From contig CAXXLZ010000002.1 in NCBI GenBank assembly GCA_963675595.2, forward strand, positions 4,160,001 through 4,224,000: a DNA stretch of 64,000 nucleotides, given 5' to 3'. This stretch comes from Thermodesulfobacteriota bacterium. GTDB taxonomy: Bacteria > Desulfobacterota > Desulfarculia > JACQYL01. Positions 58,608 through 64,000 of the stretch are shown here, piece by piece (within the stretch, counting starts at the first letter, position 1; the number at the start of each line of letters is the position of its first letter). The notes under the pieces are model-generated. The model saw nothing but the letters and a program-made list of their open reading frames with translations. It made no database searches and had not been told where the DNA came from. The translations under genes were made by a program, and so were the position numbers.

Positions 58608-59882
58608 ATGTCCGCTGAAGCCGTCAACCCCGCGCTGAGGTATCGTTGGGTGGTTTTCTGGATTTTGGCCCTTGGCTATGTCCTGGTCTATTTCCATCGT
58701 CTGTGCCCCGCGGTGCTCGCTTTGGACATGATGCGGGATTTGTCCGCCACCGGCTCTCTCCTGGGTTTTCTGGGCTCCGCGTATTTCTATCCTTATGCTC
58801 TCATGCAGTTGCCTGCCGGGCTTCTTTCGGACTCCTGGGGACCGAGAAAGACCATTACGGTCTTCTTTTTTGTGGCTTTTGTCGGATCCCTGGTCTTGGG
58901 AACGGCGCCCACGGTTTTCTGGGCCATCGCAGGGCGCGCCCTGGTGGGAATCGGAGTCAGTTTTCTTTTCGTTCCCACTATGAAAGCGCTGGCGGAATGG
59001 TTTCGACCCAGGGAATTCGCCACCATGGCCGGCATTCTCATGTTGATGGGCGGAGTTGGATCACTGAGCGCCGCCGCACCTTTGGCCGCGTTAAACGCCT
59101 GGATCGGATGGCGTTCCTCCTTCATCGTAATCGGGTTCTTCACCGTGGTGTTGGGGTTTCTTGTCTGGTTTTTCGTCCGCGATCGCCCATCCGACAAAGG
59201 TTGGGCGCCGGTGACCGGGCACTCGGATGCCGCTTCCGAGCGCATCGGGTTGTGGGAAGGCGTGCTTAAGGTCTTGTCTCACCCTCCTTTCTGGCCTCTC
59301 GCAATCTGGTTTTTCTTTGATTGTGCCGTCTTTTTCGCCTTCGGCGGACTCTGGGGCGGACCGTTCCTGACACAGATTTACGGATTGAGCAAAGCCCAAG
59401 CAGGCAATGTCCTTTCCATGCTCGCCGTGGGCATGGTGATTGGAAGTCCTTTGCTTAGTCTGATCTCCAACCGGGTGTTCAAGGGACGCAAACCCGTGCT
59501 GGTGGGTTCCAGTGCCATCGCCTTAGGAATGGTGGCCTTCCTGGCTTTCATGACGGACGGCTTCTCGTTGGTGGGGCTCTATCTTTTCTGTCTTGGGCTG
59601 GGGATTTTCACGAGCGCGATTGTGGTGGTGGGGTTCACTTCGGCCAAAGAACTCTTCCCGGTTCAAATGGCGGGTACGAGCACGGGCCTGGTCAATCTCT
59701 TTCCTTTCGCGGGGGGCGCGGTTTTTCAGCCGTTGCTGGGATACATCCTGGAGCGTTCCGGGCAGGTGAACGGGGCCTTCACCCTGCACGGCTACCGCAA
59801 TGCGTTCATGGTCTTGTTCGCTTGCGGGGTGATGGCCTTTATCTCTTCTTTGTTCCTCCGGGAAACCATGGCCAGGGAGTGA
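58608..59882 (+). CDS. MFS transporter
   Basis: 12-TM-like pattern; YFHR, GLLSDSWGPRK motif A. Confidence 0.9.
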   Translation: MSAEAVNPALRYRWVVFWILALGYVLVYFHRLCPAVLALDMMRDLSATGSLLGFLGSAYFYPYALMQLPAGLLSDSWGPRKTITVFFFVAFVGSLVLGTAPTVFWAIAGRALVGIGVSFLFVPTMKALAEWFRPREFATMAGILMLMGGVGSLSAAAPLAALNAWIGWRSSFIVIGFFTVVLGFLVWFFVRDRPSDKGWAPVTGHSDAASERIGLWEGVLKVLSHPPFWPLAIWFFFDCAVFFAFGGLWGGPFLTQIYGLSKAQAGNVLSMLAVGMVIGSPLLSLISNRVFKGRKPVLVGSSAIALGMVAFLAFMTDGFSLVGLYLFCLGLGIFTSAIVVVGFTSAKELFPVQMAGTSTGLVNLFPFAGGAVFQPLLGYILERSGQVNGAFTLHGYRNAFMVLFACGVMAFISSLFLRETMARE

Positions 59883-59975
59883 GATTCTTCCGGATGATGC
59901 CATCCGAAAGGAATCCCACTGCAGGATTGTCGCGCCTCCCGTTCAAGATGGAATTTCAGGGAGGCGGGGACGAGG

Positions 59976-60839
59976 CTATTTCATGTCCCGGAGGACCTCC
60001 ATGAGCAGCTGTTCATAGACCATGGTCAGGCCGTCCACGGCAAGTTCGAAGCGTCGCGCGCTTAAGAAAGGTACCGTTTTTCCGTTTTCGAAGTTCGCGA
60101 ACATGGAAAGGGCTTCCACCACGAGGCGTTCCTTGGCGGCCATCAACTCATAAAACAGCACCGCGATCCCTTCTTTGCCGCAGGAATGCAGGTATTCCAT
60201 CCGCTTGAATTTGCCGGCGAGCTGATCGAAGTCATCCATCTTTTTGAGGAAATCAGCGCGTTCTTCGCCATCGCCCAACAGAAGATAGCCGAAGCCCTCT
60301 TCCACGCCTTCCAGAACGTCCGCCTTCATGAGGAGAAGTTGAAGCATGGCGCGTTCGGTGACGAGCATGTCCGCGGCTCGTGTGTGAACATCCATAACCA
60401 CGCCCGCGGCAAGTTGATCCAACAAAGTCGACAACTCGTCGACGGCATTCTCGAGATTCAGGAGGTCGGCGAGTTCGATTTTCTGTTCGGTTTCCAGCTT
60501 GCCGAAAGCCTTGAGCGCAGCATCCTGCATCTTGCCTTTGGATTCCATGATCCCGGCCAACCCGGCGGCATAACGGTTGCCGGAAACCTGAGCGAATTCG
60601 GCGGCCATCTCGTCAAAGGTCTTCATCTTTTCGAGGAACTCCTGCTTTTCTTCCACTGCGCCCAGGAGCAGGTAGGCCAAGGCTTCTTCCACGCCTTCCA
60701 TGAGGTCGGCATGCATGGATGTGAGGACTACGGCGACCCGGACTTCTCCGCTCGACTGGCCGGCCGAGGCGAGAGCCGCCCCATAAAAGGCGGAAACCAA
60801 AACAAGAACGGACAAGAACAACGTTACTTTCCTTCCCAT
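59976..60839 (-). CDS. Exported helical protein with internal duplication
   Basis: AGGAGG RBS; signal peptide; two copies of M.AD..EGVEE...YLLLG..E...FL.KM..FD..A..F. Confidence 0.8.
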   Translation of the reverse strand: MGRKVTLFLSVLVLVSAFYGAALASAGQSSGEVRVAVVLTSMHADLMEGVEEALAYLLLGAVEEKQEFLEKMKTFDEMAAEFAQVSGNRYAAGLAGIMESKGKMQDAALKAFGKLETEQKIELADLLNLENAVDELSTLLDQLAAGVVMDVHTRAADMLVTERAMLQLLLMKADVLEGVEEGFGYLLLGDGEERADFLKKMDDFDQLAGKFKRMEYLHSCGKEGIAVLFYELMAAKERLVVEALSMFANFENGKTVPFLSARRFELAVDGLTMVYEQLLMEVLRDMK

Positions 60840-61154
60840 GGAAACCTCCTGCTGGATATTAAAGACGGTCCTGAATAATGGGTTCGGGCTATCGACCGTT
60901 TTGATTAGGCCATGGGGGAAAGACGGTTGTCAATGCAGGACCGGGAACGGCACACAAAGGAAAAAGATCGTCAAAATGCGGGCGATGGAGGGGACAGCCG
61001 GGATGATTGAGGGCTTCCGAGGGCAAGCCTGCGTCCGTGCCGGTTCGGAGGGGCAAGCGAAGTTGGATTGTCGCACATCAGTGAATCAAAGTTCGGAAAC
61101 GACGAGTCAACCGACCCGTGGCGCTGAAGGCGGGACGACGAAGAGACGATCAAA

Positions 61155-61787
61155 TCAGGATTTGGGAGAGAGATGATATGCGAGATTGTCCAGTTTGACC
61201 GTAAAATCGACGTTTTCCACCTGGAATCCATCCGGAACGTGGATTTGTGTGGGAGCAAAATTCAGAATCGCTCGTATATTGCTTTTGATCAAACGATTCG
61301 CAATGTCCTGAGCCCAGATTGCCGGTGTGGCGATCACTCCGACCTCCACGCCCGTATTCTTGGCTACCCACGGCAGGTCGTTGATATGGTGGATGACCAA
61401 TCCGTTGGGGAGTTTCTTGGCGATCTTCTGGGGATCGTTGTCAAAAGCGGCGACAAACACGTATCCTTGCTTCACGAAATTTTCATGAGACAGGAGTGCC
61501 AGGCCCAAGTTGCCCACGCCCACGATTCCCATGCGCCATTCTCGGTTTAAACCCAGGATGCGCTTGATTTCGAAGAGCAGTTCCTTGACGTAATAGCCCA
61601 CTCCACGAACTCCGAATTCACCGAAGTAGGAGAGGTCCTTACGGATTTGAGCGGAGTTCACCTCACACAACGTGGCGAGACGTTCCGAAGAGATGATCTT
61701 GACGTCTTCTTCCGCAATGCGCTCCAGGACCCGGGAGTACATGGAAAGACGAGTGATCGTGGCAGCGGGGATTTTGGCGTATTTCAT
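61155..61787 (-). CDS. rex: Redox-sensing transcriptional repressor Rex
   Basis: IPAATITRLSMY, QIRKDLSYFGEFGVRGVGY, GVGNLG, ILNFAP. Confidence 0.96.
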   Translation of the reverse strand: MKYAKIPAATITRLSMYSRVLERIAEEDVKIISSERLATLCEVNSAQIRKDLSYFGEFGVRGVGYYVKELLFEIKRILGLNREWRMGIVGVGNLGLALLSHENFVKQGYVFVAAFDNDPQKIAKKLPNGLVIHHINDLPWVAKNTGVEVGVIATPAIWAQDIANRLIKSNIRAILNFAPTQIHVPDGFQVENVDFTVKLDNLAYHLSPKS

Positions 61788-61804
61788 CCGGATTCCGTTT
61801 AAAG

Positions 61805-61822
61805 TTGTGAAAGAAAACACAT
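61805..61822. promoter_or_regulatory. Putative Rex operator upstream of rex
   Basis: TTGTGAA-AGAA-AACACAT versus consensus TTGTGAA-N4-TTCACAA. Confidence 0.55.
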
Positions 61823-61833
61823 ATTAGTGGCGT

Positions 61834-61867
61834 AAAATGGGGTTGTCATCCGGCAACAACCCCATTT
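61834..61867 (-). terminator. Intrinsic terminator after atpE
   Basis: AAATGGGGTTGT...ACAACCCCATTT stem ending in a T-run on the minus strand. Confidence 0.7.
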
Positions 61868-61892
61868 GCGTTCCATTCCGGCTAGAGCCGGT

Positions 61893-62270
61893 TTACAGCT
61901 CCAATCCGATCAACTTGCCCACCGGTGTAGCCATCGGGTAGGCGTAGAGAAGGATCAGGGCCACGACCAGCGCGTAAATACACAGAGACTCAACCATGGC
62001 CAGACCGATCAGCATGGTCACGGTGATCTTACCGGAAGCCTCGGGGTTCCGGGCCGTACCTTCCACGGCGCCTTTGATGGCGATGCCCTGGCCGATGCCC
62101 GTACCGAACGCCGCGATGCCGATACCGAATCCCGCCGCGGTCACGACCGCCGCAAACAGTTTCATTGCGGAGGCTGCTACCGTCGGGTCCGCTTCCGCGA
62201 AGGCCATCGTGCTCATGCCCAGTACGAAAAACGCGCTCAGAGTGGTTAATCGAAAGACCTTCTTGCTCAT
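61893..62270 (-). CDS. atpE: ATP synthase F0 subunit c with N-terminal extension
   Basis: GIGQG, ARNPE loop, MVESLCIY. Confidence 0.96.
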   Translation of the reverse strand: MSKKVFRLTTLSAFFVLGMSTMAFAEADPTVAASAMKLFAAVVTAAGFGIGIAAFGTGIGQGIAIKGAVEGTARNPEASGKITVTMLIGLAMVESLCIYALVVALILLYAYPMATPVGKLIGLEL

Positions 62271-62344
62271 TTCTTCCTCCCTTGGAGTTTATTTTGAATG
62301 CCTTCTTCCAAAAGGCAGCCGATCCTGAAGCGTCCCCTTACGAC

Positions 62345-63034
62345 TTAATGGGCGTGTTCGATGGAACCCGCGATATACATCATGGTCAAAAGGGAAAAGA
62401 TGAACGCCTGCACAAAACTGGTGAAAATCGCCAGAACCATCATGGGAACCGGAGCGAGAAACTGTCCGGCCAGGAACAGGAGAATGGCCAAGACCAGGTC
62501 TTCACCCATGATGTTTCCAAAAAGACGGAAAGTCAGGGAAAGAACCCGGCTGACATGGCCGATGATCTCGATGGGCAGCATCAGGGGAATCATCCACCAG
62601 ATGGGGCCCGTGAAGTGCTTGATGTATTTAACCCCGTGTTTCTTGATGCCCACCGCGTGGGTGACTATGAAGACCACCAACGCACAGGACAGCGGAGTGT
62701 TGATGTTCGCCGTGGGGGACAGCATCCCGGGGATGAGGCCCAGCCAGTTGCAGAGCAGGATGTAAAGGCCGAGGGTTGCAATCAATGGAAAAAAGGGACG
62801 GCCTTCCTCGCCCATGATGGAGAGCTGAAACTCCTCAATACCGGAGATCACCATTTCGAAAAAGTTCTGACCGCCGGACGGCACCATGGATACCGCCTTG
62901 ACGCACAACTTCGCCGCTACGATGAGGATCAGCATGACGAACCATGAATAAATGACATGAGGCCACGTGTGGGCGAAGTGACCGGCTCCTATCATCTCGA
63001 ACAGCTTTACCAGAAAGAGATACGGGTGCTCCAT
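62345..63034 (-). CDS. atpB: ATP synthase F0 subunit a
   Basis: NWLGLIPG, PTANIN, SLTFRLFGNI, QAFIFSLL. Confidence 0.96.
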   Translation of the reverse strand: MEHPYLFLVKLFEMIGAGHFAHTWPHVIYSWFVMLILIVAAKLCVKAVSMVPSGGQNFFEMVISGIEEFQLSIMGEEGRPFFPLIATLGLYILLCNWLGLIPGMLSPTANINTPLSCALVVFIVTHAVGIKKHGVKYIKHFTGPIWWMIPLMLPIEIIGHVSRVLSLTFRLFGNIMGEDLVLAILLFLAGQFLAPVPMMVLAIFTSFVQAFIFSLLTMMYIAGSIEHAH

Positions 63035-63438
63035 TAGGCCTCCTTAGAATAAATCCGGTGAATCTCCAATGCTGCGAAGAGCAGCAGATTGATCACCACG
63101 GTGGAAAGACCGAGCAATAGACCAAAAGGGCTGGCCTCGGCGAACTTGAGCAGTACAACCACGGCGATTCCGGTGAGGATCAGCCGGAAGTAGTATTTGA
63201 ATACCACGACCGCGGTTGTCGCCGAAACCGACGCGCCTCCGCCCAATGCTCTCCGAAGGGCTCCGTGCAGTATGTGGAAGTTGGCGATGACCAACAAGCC
63301 GCCGAACAGCACGCTCAAGGAGAATCGGGGGCCCGCCCAGATTCCGGAGCCTGCAACCAAAAGCCCGAGGATGATCCAGTTATTGGTCTTGAGACGGCGG
63401 ATCTGTTTTGCTTCCTCGGTCGACCCGCTCGCCGGCAC
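63034..63438 (-). CDS. atpI: ATP synthase protein I (start uncertain)
   Basis: Four hydrophobic helices, GG...ANF, YYFRL, GLS; directly upstream of atpB. Confidence 0.8.
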   Translation of the reverse strand: MPASGSTEEAKQIRRLKTNNWIILGLLVAGSGIWAGPRFSLSVLFGGLLVIANFHILHGALRRALGGGASVSATTAVVVFKYYFRLILTGIAVVVLLKFAEASPFGLLLGLSTVVINLLLFAALEIHRIYSKEA

Positions 63439-63661
63439 TTTGGGCCTTTCGTCCAATGATATAGATATTGCGAAATCCGGCAATGATTCCCAGTACAAGA
63501 AAGATCAAGGTCAACCACGGCGACGTATCGAACACATGGTTGTCCAGGTAATAACCGATGCCCAGGCCGATAAAAGTGGCCAGGACGATGGAAATCCCCA
63601 TGGAGGAGGCCAACGCCAAAAGCCTGAACCATTCGGGTTGTTTCTGATTGAAAAGAGCCAT
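63380..63661 (-). CDS. atpZ: AtpZ/AtpI-family small membrane protein
   Basis: SSMGI...GLGIGYYLD..FDTSPW...LGIIAGF.N. Confidence 0.88.
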   Translation of the reverse strand: MALFNQKQPEWFRLLALASSMGISIVLATFIGLGIGYYLDNHVFDTSPWLTLIFLVLGIIAGFRNIYIIGRKAQSAGERVDRGSKTDPPSQDQ

Positions 63662-63710
63662 GGAAAACCCGTCAACGAACGCTTATCCGGGTCAACTCCC
63701 ATCGGGCAGG

Positions 63711-63764
63711 CTTCTATCATGACCCACCAGGAGTGTCAACCTTTTTTGTGATTTATTTAACGTA
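63711..63764 (-). promoter_or_regulatory. atp operon promoter with adjacent Rex-like box
   Basis: Minus strand TTGACA-17 nt-TAGAAG with TG extension; TTTGTGATTTATTTAACGTA at 63745-63764. Confidence 0.5.
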
Positions 63765-64000
63765 GTCCGTGCAAGGCCGATTCCAGGGCCTTTAGCGTCT
63801 TTTCCAAATCCTCCTGGGAGTGGGCCGCGGACACGAAGGTGGCCTCGAAAGGAGAAGGGGCCAAGTACACGCCTTTCTCGAGCATGGCGCCGTAAACCCG
63901 GATAAACCGCTCGGAATCCGATGCCATGGCGTCCGTGAAGTTCCTCACCGGACCGGAATTGAAGAAGAGCGTTCCCATGGAACCCACCGCGTTGACCGTT
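63757..64000 (-). CDS. hemL: Glutamate-1-semialdehyde aminomutase, C-terminal part
   Basis: GSMGTLFF, GVYLAPSPFEATFVSAAH. Confidence 0.88.
   Translation of the reverse strand, partial: TVNAVGSMGTLFFNSGPVRNFTDAMASDSERFIRVYGAMLEKGVYLAPSPFEATFVSAAHSQEDLEKTLKALESALHGLR

Overview
A GC-rich bacterial window whose gene content points to a sulfate-reducing or syntrophic Desulfobacterota (deltaproteobacterial) genome; this assignment is inferred, not confirmed. Left part: 3' end of the qrcBCD menaquinone reductase operon, a small His-tailed membrane protein, a DUF1573 protein, a GDP-sugar/glycosyltransferase cluster with two tandem gmd paralogs, pcm, an mlaE-mlaD-TolC-mlaC cluster with no ATPase gene, and a cobalamin-riboswitch-led cbiA-L-D-ET-G-H operon. 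tRNA-Glu(TTC) at 26384 opens a ~24 kb accessory tract: IS110 remnant, TudS/DUF523, YbhGFSR-type ABC exporter, hybrid histidine kinase, HAD, orphan SdhA-like flavoprotein, an AT-rich AvcD-type anti-phage dCTP deaminase preceded by a ~400 nt hairpin-rich candidate antitoxin RNA, hemerythrin, a frameshifted permease and a 1357-aa secreted metzincin. Next comes a six-gene putative sulfur relay (secreted protein ending in DDEGC, YeeE, TusA, DsrE/F/H-like; the DsrH-like gene is absent from the ORF track). The right end holds birA, a pseudogene, an acyl-CoA ligase, archaeal-like moaC/moaB, an MFS transporter, rex, the atpZIBE genes and partial hemL. Two families of intergenic palindromic repeats are present. 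The top candidates are the Cys-tailed periplasmic protein plus YeeE-TusA-DsrEFH module and the AvcD locus with its upstream RNA. All family calls rest on motif recognition; no database search was run.
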